Part shown: positions 11,777 to 22,183 of the stretch, piece after piece
Layout: each line of letters starts with the position of its first letter
How positions within the stretch are numbered: the first letter of the stretch is position 1
NCBI GenBank assembly: GCA_031422435.1
Contig: JANPLU010000030.1
Coordinates: forward strand, 95,918 to 159,917
Source of the DNA: Acaryochloridaceae cyanobacterium VAR_48_metabat_390
GTDB taxonomy: Bacteria > Cyanobacteriota > Cyanobacteriia > Thermosynechococcales > Thermosynechococcaceae
DNA: 64,000 nt
Direction of reading: 5' to 3'
The notes under the pieces: generated by a model
Database searches by the model: none
Seen by the model: the letters and a program-made list of their open reading frames with translations, nothing else
What the model was told of the DNA's origin: nothing
Program-made: the position numbers and the translations under genes

Positions 11777-12589
11777 CTAAAAATGCTGTATCGCTGAGCT
11801 GCCCACGCCCTGAAACATCAGCCAAGACATCACAAAATTGCTAATAAAAATAAACAGCAGCGTCGTCACCACAGCCGCCGTTGTAGATTGCCCCACACCC
11901 TTAGCGCCTCCCGTGGTAGTTAGCCCCCAGCTAGAGCCAATAATGGCAATAATGGCACCAAACACCATTGCCTTTAGCAGCGCACTCCAAATATCCCAGA
12001 GCGTCATAAAAGACTGTACTGAATCCAGAAAAGCCCCAGCGGGAATCCCGTACATTAATGCAGCAACGCCCATTCCTCCGCCAATACCTGTCATCAGACA
12101 AAAGATTGTCAAGACAGGCAGCATTACGCAGCAGGCAATCAGCCGTGGAATCACCAGATAATCTACCGGATCGGTATTGAGCATCTGAAGCGCATCAATT
12201 TGCTCGGTCACCCGCATGGTGCCAATTTCTGCGGCAAAAGCAGAGCAGACGCGTCCCGTCAAAATGACCGCCGTCAACACAGGTCCCAGTTCACGGGTCA
12301 ACGCTAAAGCCAAGACCCCACCGACAGCGCTGCCCAGCCCAAAATTGAGGAACTCCCGCGCCACCTGAATGGTGAACACCATCCCCACAAAGGTCGCGGT
12401 CAGCAGCGCTACCAGCAGAGACTCTGGTCCTACGATCGCCATTTGCTCTAGGGTATTTCGGCGATGGATTTTGCCCTGAATAAGATGCACCAATACCTGA
12501 CCACCGAGTAAGACGGCGGATAGTAACCTTTTGCTCCAGGTATTGAAGCTCTTCCACTCAAAGCGCAACTGATGCCGAGGCTTGACCAT
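11777..12589 (-). CDS. mlaE: MlaE/TGD1 (Ycf63-like) lipid ABC transporter permease
   Basis: RELGPVLTA, AEIGTMRVTEQIDAL and GGAKGVGQSTT motifs. Confidence 0.92.
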   Translation of the reverse strand: MVKPRHQLRFEWKSFNTWSKRLLSAVLLGGQVLVHLIQGKIHRRNTLEQMAIVGPESLLVALLTATFVGMVFTIQVAREFLNFGLGSAVGGVLALALTRELGPVLTAVILTGRVCSAFAAEIGTMRVTEQIDALQMLNTDPVDYLVIPRLIACCVMLPVLTIFCLMTGIGGGMGVAALMYGIPAGAFLDSVQSFMTLWDIWSALLKAMVFGAIIAIIGSSWGLTTTGGAKGVGQSTTAAVVTTLLFIFISNFVMSWLMFQGVGSSAIQHF

Positions 12590-12716
12590 AAGCCGTAGGA
12601 GATACCCTCAAATCCACTAATTCAGCCTGACTGGAATTTTGACAGGTTTATCTCTTTGGAGTGGCTTTAGAGTCTTAAGCCTTTACAAAAAACAACAGAT
12701 AAAGGGGCGACGACTT

Positions 12717-13919
12717 CTATCCCCGCAGCTTCTGCGACCAAACCCGTGTGGGCAGACCCCACACGTAAATGAACCCTTCTGCCGCCTTATGGTCAAAGGC
12801 ATCATCACTGCCGTAGGTGGCAAGGTCAGACGCATAGAGCGAGAATTCAGACTTTCGCCCAACGGGGGCGGCAATGCCCTTAAAGAACTTCATTCGTACC
12901 ACGCCTGTTACCCGCTGTTGGGTTTGCCCAATAAAGGCATCCAGCGCCTGTTTGAGCGGGCTATACCAAAGGCCGTTATAGACAAGCTGGCTATAGCTTT
13001 CTTCAATGCCGCGCTTGTAGTGGCTAACGTCAGCGGTTAGCGTGAGGCTTTCGAGGTCGCGGTGGGCGGTAATGAGCGCAATGAGGGCAGGGGCTTCGTA
13101 AATTTCACGAGATTTAATGCCTACCAGTCGGTTTTCAACCATGTCGATGCGGCCTACGCCGTGGCGACCTGCCGTTTGGTTGAGGTGACGTACTAGCTCA
13201 ACAGAGGCAAGGGGTTTACCGTTCAGCGCGGTGGGCAAGCCTTTCTCAAAGCTGATTTCAACGTATTCTGGCTCATTGGGCGTGTTGGCGATCGCCGTTG
13301 TCAACCCAAAAACCTCCTCCAATGGCTCAGTCCACGGGTCTTCGAGAGGCCCTGCCTCAATGCTGCGTCCCAGCAAGTTGGTATCAATACTGTAGGGCGA
13401 CGATTTTTTGACCGGAGATGGGATGCCATAGCGTTCACCATAGGCGATGGTCTCTTCGCGGCTCATGCCCCATTCCCGGGCAGGGGCAAGCACTTTAAGG
13501 CTAGGATTGAGAGCGGTAATCGAAACATCAAAACGCACCTGGTCATTGCCTTTGCCCGTACAGCCGTGGGCTACTGCATCTGCGCCGTAGCGGTCGGCAG
13601 CCTCAACCAAGAGTTTGGCAATCAAGGGACGCGCCAATGCCGTTGAGAGCGGATAGCGATTTTCGTAGAGGGCATTGGCCTGAATCGCGGGGAATGCGTA
13701 GTCTTCAATAAAGCTTTGGGTCGCATCCGCCACCAACGATTCTTCGGCTCCGGAATCTAGCGCCTTTTTTTGGATCGGGCCTAGCTCATCTCCCTGTCCC
13801 AAGTCAGCCGCCAGGGTAATGACCGACTCAACTCCCCACTCTTTCATAAGGTAAGGAATACAAACAGAGGTATCCACCCCACCGGAATAAGCCAATACAA
13901 CCTTTTTGGCACGCCCCAT
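12717..13919 (-). CDS. argG: Argininosuccinate synthase
   Basis: [24 protein letters not shown] and [11 protein letters not shown] at 13919. Confidence 0.97.
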   Translation of the reverse strand: MGRAKKVVLAYSGGVDTSVCIPYLMKEWGVESVITLAADLGQGDELGPIQKKALDSGAEESLVADATQSFIEDYAFPAIQANALYENRYPLSTALARPLIAKLLVEAADRYGADAVAHGCTGKGNDQVRFDVSITALNPSLKVLAPAREWGMSREETIAYGERYGIPSPVKKSSPYSIDTNLLGRSIEAGPLEDPWTEPLEEVFGLTTAIANTPNEPEYVEISFEKGLPTALNGKPLASVELVRHLNQTAGRHGVGRIDMVENRLVGIKSREIYEAPALIALITAHRDLESLTLTADVSHYKRGIEESYSQLVYNGLWYSPLKQALDAFIGQTQQRVTGVVRMKFFKGIAAPVGRKSEFSLYASDLATYGSDDAFDHKAAEGFIYVWGLPTRVWSQKLRG

Positions 13920-14074
13920 AGTCTTCTCACGCAAAATGACAACAGGCTCCTATCTTAAGGGATTAAGCCCAGTTCAGCCGCATCTTTTTTGAGGAGGCGA
14001 TCGCAGAAAAACTCCCCTGCTTGGCGACCGCGAGAGTCTTTATACTAGGAACGTCTGAACCAAGGAGTGCGCCT

Positions 14075-14983
14075 GTGTTTTGCAGCATTGTAATTCCAAC
14101 TTATAATCGTAAGCCGATTTTAGAAAAATGCTTGCGGGCACTAGAAAAACAGACCTATTGCGGCAGCTACGAAGTGGTTGTCGTAGACGACGGCTCGACG
14201 GATGACACCATTCCTTGGCTTCAGGAACAGGCGCTTACCTTTCCCCACGTCCGGCTACTGCAACAAAACCATCAAGGGCCTGCCGCTGCCCGTAACTTTG
14301 GTGTTGAACAGGCGGCAGGAGACACCATTGTTTTTATTGACAGTGACCTCGTGGTTACGGAGGTGTTTCTGCAAGCGCATATAGAGGCGATGACCCAAGC
14401 CCAGCAGTCACTGGGGCATAATCGCCTATTTACCTATGGCGCAGTCATTAACACTAGCAACTTTGATGCCCCCACTGCCGAAGCCTACAAAATCACCGAT
14501 TTTTCAGCCGCCTACTTTGCCACTGGAAATGTGATGATTTTTAGACAGTGGCTCCTTCAGGCAGGGTTATTTGACACGCAATTTTCTCTCTACGGCTGGG
14601 AAGACCTAGAGCTAGGCATTCGTCTCAAAAACCTGGGGTTAAAACTGGTCAAAGTTCCCGAAGCCGTCGGATATCATTGGCATCCAGCCTTTACGCTCGA
14701 TCAGCTTCCGGCACTAATTGATCAAGAACTCCAGCGCGGCAAAATGGGTGCGGTTTTTTACCGAAAACATCCGACCTGGGCAGTCAAAATGATGCTACAA
14801 ATGACGACGCTGCACTGGTGCTTGTGGGGTGGCCTGTCTTTGGGAGGAACCCTAAACGAGCGCTCCTTGCGTCCAGTCATGGCTTGGCTGATTCAAAAAG
14901 GCAAGCCAAGTTTAGCCTACCAAGTTGCTCGGATTTTTCTAAACTGGTACTGCTTGCAGGGGCTTAATCAAGCGATCCGGTAG
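14075..14983 (+). CDS. Glycosyltransferase family 2
   Basis: SIVIPTYNR, VVDDGSTD, FIDSD and GWEDLELG; GTG start follows AAGGAG. Confidence 0.9.
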   Translation: MFCSIVIPTYNRKPILEKCLRALEKQTYCGSYEVVVVDDGSTDDTIPWLQEQALTFPHVRLLQQNHQGPAAARNFGVEQAAGDTIVFIDSDLVVTEVFLQAHIEAMTQAQQSLGHNRLFTYGAVINTSNFDAPTAEAYKITDFSAAYFATGNVMIFRQWLLQAGLFDTQFSLYGWEDLELGIRLKNLGLKLVKVPEAVGYHWHPAFTLDQLPALIDQELQRGKMGAVFYRKHPTWAVKMMLQMTTLHWCLWGGLSLGGTLNERSLRPVMAWLIQKGKPSLAYQVARIFLNWYCLQGLNQAIR

Positions 14984-15012
14984 AGCGTCCACACCTTGCT
15001 AAACCATTACCT

Positions 15013-15645
15013 TTAGCGCAGAAAAGAGCTGACCAGCCAAAACAGGACAAAAATGACCAGTGTGGCAATGGTTTGAGAAGTAATGCCTAGAGGCGGTAGA
15101 CCAAACTGTAACAAAAGCGTACTCAATAGCCCACCTAAAACTAAAGTGCCTAGGGTGAGCAAAAAGGCGCGACCTAGCCGCTGCTCTTTGCGATTGAGCC
15201 AATACATCGTGAACCCAACACCGAGCGCCACCAAGAAAGCCAGCGAGTCTTCTGTCCGGCCTGCTGTAGGCGACTGATTGACCACCGCAATGGTTCCTAA
15301 TGCCGTAAAGACGCCTGCTGAGGTCAACACTTCGGTGCCACTGGGCTTATCAAGGGTCTCCTGAAGCCATGCGGGGGTTTGTGTTGCTTTAGATATTGCT
15401 GCGGCTCTAGATGCTTTTTCCGCAATTTTTTCAGCAAACCGAATGCCTTCGGGGACGGTCACTTTGCCTTCTTGGCGCTTGCGCAGCCGATCCATCAAGA
15501 TGGCATCGTAGGCGGTCTCAATATCTTGCCGCGCCCGTTCATCATTGGGATGGTTCTCAACGAGGCGATCGCGGGCACTCTGAATCTCTTCAAAGGAAGC
15601 ATCTTCAGGCACTTCCAGCTTTGAGTAGGGATTTTGTTCGCTCAT
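15013..15645 (-). CDS. CPP1-like (J-like domain plus TM helices) protein
   Basis: NPYSKLEVPEDASFEEIQ...AYDAILMDRLRKRQEGK and C-terminal TM helices ending WLVSSFLR. Confidence 0.85.
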   Translation of the reverse strand: MSEQNPYSKLEVPEDASFEEIQSARDRLVENHPNDERARQDIETAYDAILMDRLRKRQEGKVTVPEGIRFAEKIAEKASRAAAISKATQTPAWLQETLDKPSGTEVLTSAGVFTALGTIAVVNQSPTAGRTEDSLAFLVALGVGFTMYWLNRKEQRLGRAFLLTLGTLVLGGLLSTLLLQFGLPPLGITSQTIATLVIFVLFWLVSSFLR

Positions 15646-15793
15646 GCGCTTGTCTTCCATGGCCCTTCCAGATGATTGAGATCGTAAACTTTTCTGGCAG
15701 CCACTGCTGCGCTCAGCTTTCTTTTCTTAGTCTAACGGTTGTCGAATAAACCTACTCTTAAATTTAATGCGTCCAAGCGTCTAGACTTCAGCT

Positions 15794-16591
15794 CTAGCGC
15801 ATAGATTTTGCGATCGCAGGTTGACTTTGCAGATAGCCTAAAAATTCCGTCAGTTCTGCATCGCTAAGGTGCTGCCGCGATCGCTTGCCGTAGGTTTGCT
15901 CTAGATAGCGACGACCTTGAGCATTCGTCCAGCCTAGACGCTTTAGCTCAACATCTGTATGGGCAATGATGTCTGATAAGTCAACGGGAGCTGCAATAGC
16001 GACGGTTGTATTACGACGCTCACTCTCAGAATTTCTGCTGTTGTTCTCCACTCGTGGAGGAACGTAGGAAGGCCGTGCAGTCGCAGCAGCTTGCGGAAAT
16101 AACAGCTCTTGCCCCAAAGCCCGACCCGATAGCTGCGGTTGAGCAGGTGCAGAATCAGCAGAACCGCGATCAAACCATGACATCTGCTGCTGTGGCGACT
16201 CTTGAAAAGCGCGTGCCGCCTGATCTGCCATCGCCCAATCTACCTCTACAGACGGTTGAAACGCAGCTTCTGAAAGGGGCAAAAACTCACCCGAATAGGC
16301 GGTAGGCGTGGGGAGCCTAGTTCGACTTTGGACGGCAGACCTTTCCGGCTCTGCATTGACAATTTGAGCCTGGGTCGAATAGGGGCGCTCCTCAATCCCC
16401 AGAACCACTAGGGCACGAACGCGCGCCTGATCTTCGGCTTGCTCAATGCTGGCTGCTGCCGATAGACCTGTTGCCAGCGTAGACCCACCGACTTGAATAC
16501 TGGCTCGAACAATATATTTACCCTCGTGGATATTGAGCAGTTCTGAAATCAGGCTACCCATGGGATATTGGCTTCTGAACTGAGCGTACAT
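15794..16591 (-). CDS. Conserved cyanobacterial hypothetical protein
   Basis: Structured-looking termini (FRSQYPMGSLISEL; DVELKRLGW...YGKRSRQHL) joined by a low-complexity linker. Confidence 0.7.
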   Translation of the reverse strand: MYAQFRSQYPMGSLISELLNIHEGKYIVRASIQVGGSTLATGLSAAASIEQAEDQARVRALVVLGIEERPYSTQAQIVNAEPERSAVQSRTRLPTPTAYSGEFLPLSEAAFQPSVEVDWAMADQAARAFQESPQQQMSWFDRGSADSAPAQPQLSGRALGQELLFPQAAATARPSYVPPRVENNSRNSESERRNTTVAIAAPVDLSDIIAHTDVELKRLGWTNAQGRRYLEQTYGKRSRQHLSDAELTEFLGYLQSQPAIAKSMR

Positions 16592-16824
16592 AGCGGAAAA
16601 CCTTAAGGCATTAAGCGGTCAAATATGGAGCTAAAGGTGCGGGCGTAGAGGGCACTCAAACAGATCTAGGAACATAGTTTTATCATGCCCAGCGAGTGGG
16701 GTCAACTGCAATAGATGCGGCTTTCTGTCTAGTAATGAAGGGCTAATGAGCCTTCATAACAAGCAAACTAATGGCACAATAGGCAACAGAATACATTTTC
16801 TCAGCACGATACATTAGCAGCACT

Positions 16825-18114
16825 GTGGCTCAAGTTGTTTTAGAAAATCTTTGTAAAAGCTTTCCAGCACGTCCAGGCCAAAAATCTGCGGCGTCAGCAC
16901 AGCCACTACTCACGGCATCCGGCGCAATCTCCCCCGCCGCCAACCCTCAATCCGGATCGGGTGCAGCGCAGAGCATTTTAAAGCACGTCAATTTGACCAT
17001 TGCCGATGGCGAATTTATGGTGCTGGTGGGGCCATCGGGATGTGGTAAAAGTACCCTCCTACGTCTGATTGCCGGACTTGAAACGCCTACGCTTGGCAGT
17101 ATTTGGGTGGGCGATCGCCACGTCAACGACCTGCCTCCCAAGGCGCGCGATATTGCCATGGTGTTTCAAAGCTATGCACTTTACCCCCACATGACGGTCT
17201 ACAACAACCTTGCCTTTGGTTTACGGCGAACAGGCTCACAAATCAAGGGCAGCAGCAATGTTAATTTTGCGGCGCAAATTTCTAACGCATTTACTCGAAT
17301 GCTGCCTAAGGCATTGAGTGCCCAATCAAAGCAAGAGCAGGCTGTTAATCAAACCGTGCGGCGGGTTGCTCAAATGCTAGAGCTAGAACCACTGCTTGAT
17401 CGCTACCCAAAACAGTTATCTGGCGGTCAAAAGCAGCGGGTTGCCTTAGGACGAGCAATGGCGCGAAACCCTCAAGTTTTTTTGATGGATGAGCCGCTTT
17501 CTAACCTAGACGCAAAGCTGAGGGCGCAAACCCGCGCCCAAATTGTGCAGCTTCAGCGGCAGCTTGGCACCACCACCATCTATGTCACCCACGACCAAAC
17601 CGAAGCCATGACCATGGGCGATCGCATCGCCGTCCTTAACGCTGGCGAAATTCAGCAGATTGCCGCACCCCTAGAGCTATACCAAAAACCTGCCAATCGC
17701 TTTGTTGCAGAGTTTATCGGTTCACCCCCCATGAACTTTATTGACATGGTGGTTAAAGAAGGAACACATCTTGTTCATCCGCACTTTAACCTGATGCTCC
17801 CTCAAGTCTGGGCTTTAGTGCTTCAGCCCTATATTGGCAAAGCCATTACCCTAGGGATACGACCAGAACATTTCAGCGTAACCACCCATAGCGCCCAAAC
17901 CCTTCCCGTTGAGGTTGCCCTTGTCGAAGCCCTAGGGCATGAAACTTACCTCTCCTGCATTTTGGAGCATGAGGGCATAGAGACACCGTATCTTCAGGCT
18001 CGCACCTCTCCCCAGCAGGTGATTCAACGCGGCGATCAAATTGGGTTAGCTATTAATCCTGAGCAGGTGCATATTTTTGAAGCTCAGAGTGGTGTAGCGT
18101 TACTTCCAACCTAA
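16825..18114 (+). CDS. Carbohydrate ABC transporter ATP-binding protein (MalK/UgpC-like)
   Basis: GPSGCGKST, LSGGQKQR, DEPLSNLDAKLR, YVTHDQ and a C-terminal TOBE-like region. Confidence 0.93.
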   Translation: MAQVVLENLCKSFPARPGQKSAASAQPLLTASGAISPAANPQSGSGAAQSILKHVNLTIADGEFMVLVGPSGCGKSTLLRLIAGLETPTLGSIWVGDRHVNDLPPKARDIAMVFQSYALYPHMTVYNNLAFGLRRTGSQIKGSSNVNFAAQISNAFTRMLPKALSAQSKQEQAVNQTVRRVAQMLELEPLLDRYPKQLSGGQKQRVALGRAMARNPQVFLMDEPLSNLDAKLRAQTRAQIVQLQRQLGTTTIYVTHDQTEAMTMGDRIAVLNAGEIQQIAAPLELYQKPANRFVAEFIGSPPMNFIDMVVKEGTHLVHPHFNLMLPQVWALVLQPYIGKAITLGIRPEHFSVTTHSAQTLPVEVALVEALGHETYLSCILEHEGIETPYLQARTSPQQVIQRGDQIGLAINPEQVHIFEAQSGVALLPT

Positions 18115-18496
18115 TCTTCAGAAAAATTCCGTGGGCATTTCCCCTCCTGCGCGTTAGGCTAGATGCAGGGAATAATTAACATTTGGTGAAGTCTATAGTG
18201 CTCTTAACGTTTCAAGCTTTGCAGTGCCCCTCAAAACGATGCCTTGTAGGCAAAAATTCTAAGCCCTATTTGGATCAAAGCGCTACATAGTTGATACACT
18301 TTTGTAAACCTAATGTCTTCTGAACGTTGGAAGCCATTGCATCTTTAGTCATTCAGCTAAAATGCAAGGCCGCAGAATGCTCCTGCTGGCATCACTCAGC
18401 GAGGATGAGACAAACAGAAGACCCAGGTTTAAAGACCGCTACGCGAGAACACCCATTTGGGGGTGGTGAAGAGACTTTGTTGTGGAGAGGGAATCT

Positions 18497-18808
18497 ATGC
18501 TACACCGCAAGATTTATCAGCTTTATAGTGAAGGGCACGAAGTATGGGTGTTCTTACGCGACCAGCAGCGCTGGTTAGAACGTGCCCGCATTATTGATAT
18601 GGAAGGCGACCTTGTCACGCTTCGCTATGAAACCGACGAAGAGGATGAGGTGTCTTCTTGGGAAGAAATGGTTCGCCTCGAAAGTATTGGTGCGGTGACG
18701 CGAAAACTAGCTTCGGTCTCTCGAGGGGAAGGAGAACCTCTCGTCTCGGATGATTGCCCTGAAGCGGAGCAAATTCCTAACCCCCACCCTGAAGCGAACC
18801 ACGATTAA
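18497..18808 (+). CDS. Conserved cyanobacterial small protein (DUF6679-like)
   Basis: MLHRKIYQL...WEEMVRLESIGAV; GGAGAGG upstream of ATG. Confidence 0.75.
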   Translation: MLHRKIYQLYSEGHEVWVFLRDQQRWLERARIIDMEGDLVTLRYETDEEDEVSSWEEMVRLESIGAVTRKLASVSRGEGEPLVSDDCPEAEQIPNPHPEANHD

Positions 18809-18837
18809 GGCAATTTCTGATCTAGCGATCGCCCCCC

Positions 18838-18866
18838 GTAGGGGCGCGCATACCTTGCGCCCCCAC
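18838..18866. repeat. GTAG-type REP-like palindrome / possible bidirectional terminator
   Basis: GTAGGGGCGC-GCATACCTT-GCGCCCCCAC between convergent genes; same 29-nt length and GTAGGGGC start as the copy at 3996. Confidence 0.6.
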
Positions 18867-18898
18867 AGAGTGTTTGGCAGTTTTTACGTTCACAGCAA

Positions 18899-20689
18899 CT
18901 ACCTCTGTTGAGTAGCTTCTGGCGGCGGAGTGTCGCTTAGCTCAAATACAGGGCAATACCCTTCTGGGGAAACTTTGCTGCCGTAGAGGCTAGAGCGTTG
19001 GTTCCAGCAGCGTTGACTGCGGTAATGTTTACAGTTGATGCAGCCTTTGAGAAGCGTGTCGCTAGGGCGACGGGTTTTCATCATGAGTTCCCGCTGTGAG
19101 ATACCCCGCAGCACCAGCATTTCACCTTGCCAAGTGGCTTCAATTAGTCCGGTATCGGCAAAACTCCGCCACCTTGGGTCTTCCATGATCTGTCGAGGCA
19201 GGATGGCTATCACCTCCGCTGCTTGCTCCTGCACTTCTCCATTAAAGACGGCATCAACACCCGTGGGCATGGCAGGCTGAATCAACCCTTCTCCAATGGG
19301 AAGCTCAAGTCGGTTTCCGACCCTTGGAGAATGCAGGTGATAGCGATTGGCTAACTCTTCTAGACTAATTAAGTCGGCAAGGTAAGCGGGGCTACCGTGC
19401 ATAAACACGACGTGCTGAGGCCGCAGATTATGAATAAGCTGAGTGGTGCCTGACCCATCGCAATGTTCTGCCAGCAAAAAGGTATCGAGATCGATGGTTT
19501 CGGCATGGAGAAGAGTATTCCAATAGGAAATGTTACTGGAGTCTTCGGACGCCTTATCAGAAAATAGATCGGGCGGTGGAATTGCTTCCTCCATTGCTGA
19601 AGTGGGGAATTCGCGGGGACGATGTTCTGGTACTAGAACAAGCCAAGGATGTTCAGTTTGTCCGCCGCCGCAATAGTTCTGAATATCAACCGTTTCCCCT
19701 ACCAGAACGATGCAGGGATGAGTGAACAGAGGCAGTTGCTGGGCATTAAACATCTGCCCTTTTGTTTCGCTGAGCCGACGCACACGTGGACGAACGCGCT
19801 CATCCCAGAAGAGCGCCTGATGCTGGGCAAAATTTTGAACCGTTGGGGGCAGATGGGGCAATAGCTCTAGATAAGCGTCGCAGCCCAGCGCAATGGAGTC
19901 TTCTACCCAAATGTCTAAATTTTTTCCTGTAAAGGTGTGGTGACTCCGCATCAACATTAACAACTCTTGGGCTAAGCCTAAAGCGGGTACTGGCGTTAGC
20001 ACCGACTGCCCTTGCCGAATGGCCTGCATAACGCGCTCGGCAAACTGATTTTCTTGCTGGCGACGGTGAGGATGACGCGCGGTTCCAAAACTGCCTTCTA
20101 GAATCAACACGTCGGGGGTAAGTCCGCGCAGTTCTGAGAGCGGCAGACCGTCAACCAGACGAGAATTAGACAGCAAAAAGTCTCCGGTATAGAGAATGGT
20201 GTAGGGGCGAACCGCTCCCTTTCCCTGAGGGGTGTAGGTTAATAGACAGGCCGCAGCTCCAGGAAGATGTCCGGCTGGATATAGCTCAAGGGTTAATCCT
20301 GGTGCCAGTTCTGTAGGGGTACGCCACGGTAAAGGCTGACAAAAGCTGGGTAGGGTCTGTCGCTCTAGAACAGACGGCCAGTTGAGCGGCAGCAGATGCG
20401 CCGTCACTTCACTGACGAAAATGGGCAGTGTAGGGAAAGCGTTGTGCAGGTCTAAAAGCCCCCGCGCATGATCTGCGTGAGCATGAGAGCAGATGGCAAA
20501 GTCCGCAGGGCAGGTAGGGTCGATGGGGGTGGCAGAGGTTGGGGCAAAGGGACTGGAGGCAGAGAACAGCGATCGCAGGTCATTTAGCCCACAGTCGCAC
20601 AAAATTCGATAGGGTCCCATCCGCAGTAAAAAGCAGACGCCTTCTTTTGCGTGACCCGTTCCAAAGGGGATGCACTCTAGCTCAGTCAT
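18899..20689 (-). CDS. MBL-fold metallo-hydrolase, beta-CASP-like (putative RNase), with Cys-rich C-terminus
   Basis: SHAHADH, AGHLPGA, YTGDF, FMHG; C-terminal CINC...C...C. Confidence 0.85.
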   Translation of the reverse strand: MTELECIPFGTGHAKEGVCFLLRMGPYRILCDCGLNDLRSLFSASSPFAPTSATPIDPTCPADFAICSHAHADHARGLLDLHNAFPTLPIFVSEVTAHLLPLNWPSVLERQTLPSFCQPLPWRTPTELAPGLTLELYPAGHLPGAAACLLTYTPQGKGAVRPYTILYTGDFLLSNSRLVDGLPLSELRGLTPDVLILEGSFGTARHPHRRQQENQFAERVMQAIRQGQSVLTPVPALGLAQELLMLMRSHHTFTGKNLDIWVEDSIALGCDAYLELLPHLPPTVQNFAQHQALFWDERVRPRVRRLSETKGQMFNAQQLPLFTHPCIVLVGETVDIQNYCGGGQTEHPWLVLVPEHRPREFPTSAMEEAIPPPDLFSDKASEDSSNISYWNTLLHAETIDLDTFLLAEHCDGSGTTQLIHNLRPQHVVFMHGSPAYLADLISLEELANRYHLHSPRVGNRLELPIGEGLIQPAMPTGVDAVFNGEVQEQAAEVIAILPRQIMEDPRWRSFADTGLIEATWQGEMLVLRGISQRELMMKTRRPSDTLLKGCINCKHYRSQRCWNQRSSLYGSKVSPEGYCPVFELSDTPPPEATQQR

Positions 20690-20719
20690 TAGCGCCCCTC
20701 CAAAGTGGCAGCAGCAGCG

Positions 20720-21592
20720 TCATTTTACCTGTATCGCTGTGCTGTGCTGCTCCATTTGCTCTATCAGAGCCTGCCAGAGGAGCTGTGTTAAAGAGCCAGG
20801 ACAACTCGGCAGTATCACGTCGTTAATTTGGCGCACAGGCATCAGCAGCCGCACCGATGAACTTAAGAAAGCCTCTTGCGCTGAGCCTAAATCTTCGGGT
20901 CGCAGCACAATCTCTTGGTGCGGGATGTTGTGCTGTCTCAACGCCTGCATCAAAAATGTGCGGGTAATCCCCTGCAAAATGCCGACTTCTACAGGCGGTG
21001 TTTGAACCACGCCGTCTCGGACAATCCAAAGGTTGCTGGTGGTGGCTTCTGTAACTTCGCCTTGAGCGTTGAGCAGAAGCGCATCGTCTGCACCCATCTG
21101 CTGTGCTTCTAGCAGCGCCAAGATGTTGTTGAGATAATTCCCTGTTTTAGCGGCAGGGTCGAGAGCCTGCTTACTATTGCGCAAACGCTCCGGAATGACC
21201 AAGTGCAGCCCCGTGTGTGACATCACTGGCTCTGGGGGAATGCTGGAAATGACAATCAGAAGGTTTGGCTGAAGTGTTTTGCTGGGCTGAAGGCTAATGG
21301 TAGCCTCAGTACCGCGACTCACCACAATTCGCACATAAGAATCTGACCAATCTGCTTGGGCTAGGGTTTTTTCAACCTCGGCCTGAATTTCTGCATCTGT
21401 CCAAGGCACGTCCATGTACAGATAGGCGGCAGATTGACGGAGGCGATCGAGGTGTTCTTTGAGGCCAAAATGACGACTGCGAAAGGTTCGGACGACCTCA
21501 TATACGCTATCTCCATACAAAAAACCTCGGTCTAAAACCGAAACTTGAGCCGTTTCTGAAACATGGCCGTTGAGGTTTGTGAGGAGCGGCAT
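20720..21592 (-). CDS. Class IV PLP aminotransferase (PabC/IlvE/Dat-like)
   Basis: DRGFLYGDSVYE, AKTGNYL, EATTSNLW and ILQGITR. Confidence 0.92.
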   Translation of the reverse strand: MPLLTNLNGHVSETAQVSVLDRGFLYGDSVYEVVRTFRSRHFGLKEHLDRLRQSAAYLYMDVPWTDAEIQAEVEKTLAQADWSDSYVRIVVSRGTEATISLQPSKTLQPNLLIVISSIPPEPVMSHTGLHLVIPERLRNSKQALDPAAKTGNYLNNILALLEAQQMGADDALLLNAQGEVTEATTSNLWIVRDGVVQTPPVEVGILQGITRTFLMQALRQHNIPHQEIVLRPEDLGSAQEAFLSSSVRLLMPVRQINDVILPSCPGSLTQLLWQALIEQMEQHSTAIQVK

Positions 21593-21661
21593 AGGGCTTT
21601 TTGTACAGATGACATTGTTAATCTATCTGAATTTCTGTAGCGTAAAGCCTTCTCGTTAAGA

Positions 21662-21979
21662 TTATTTGTCAATCTCTTGCTTCATGCGCTCTAGGGTTTT
21701 AGTCATTTGCTCAAACATTTGTTGGGATGTAATTCCAAATTGACTCATCTGCGTATTCATCTGCTCAACAGTGAGCTTTGCCATAAAGTCATCGGAGAGT
21801 TCAAACCGCTTCATAAACACGCGATAGCGATCCATCATAGCTTCCATTTTCTCAATGAAAAGCACCTTGCCTTCGCGGTCAAACTTGCCGTAGTCACCCC
21901 CCAATTTTGTTAATGACTGATAGTCGTCGAAAAGGTTTTTGGCTTCACTTTGGACAATTTCAGATTCAAAAAATCCCAT
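21662..21979 (-). CDS. DUF1825 family protein
   Basis: MGFFESEIVQSEAK...YGKFDREGK...KRFELSDDF, a recognisable cyanobacterial family. Confidence 0.8.
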   Translation of the reverse strand: MGFFESEIVQSEAKNLFDDYQSLTKLGGDYGKFDREGKVLFIEKMEAMMDRYRVFMKRFELSDDFMAKLTVEQMNTQMSQFGITSQQMFEQMTKTLERMKQEIDK

Positions 21980-22183
21980 GGCTGGTTCCGGTTCCTTCCT
22001 GTGGTCAAACTCAGACAGGCAGACAATTTATACCTTTATGGTATCGCCTGCGATCGCCCAAGCCTAGGGCGACCCATTAGGGAAAACCGTAATGCTACGG
22101 GTTCGATAAACTGGTGTAAGGCTGGTTCTAAAAAATGCTCTAACAATGCGTTTGGCCTTTTACTGCTGTTGCCTGTGACGCCT

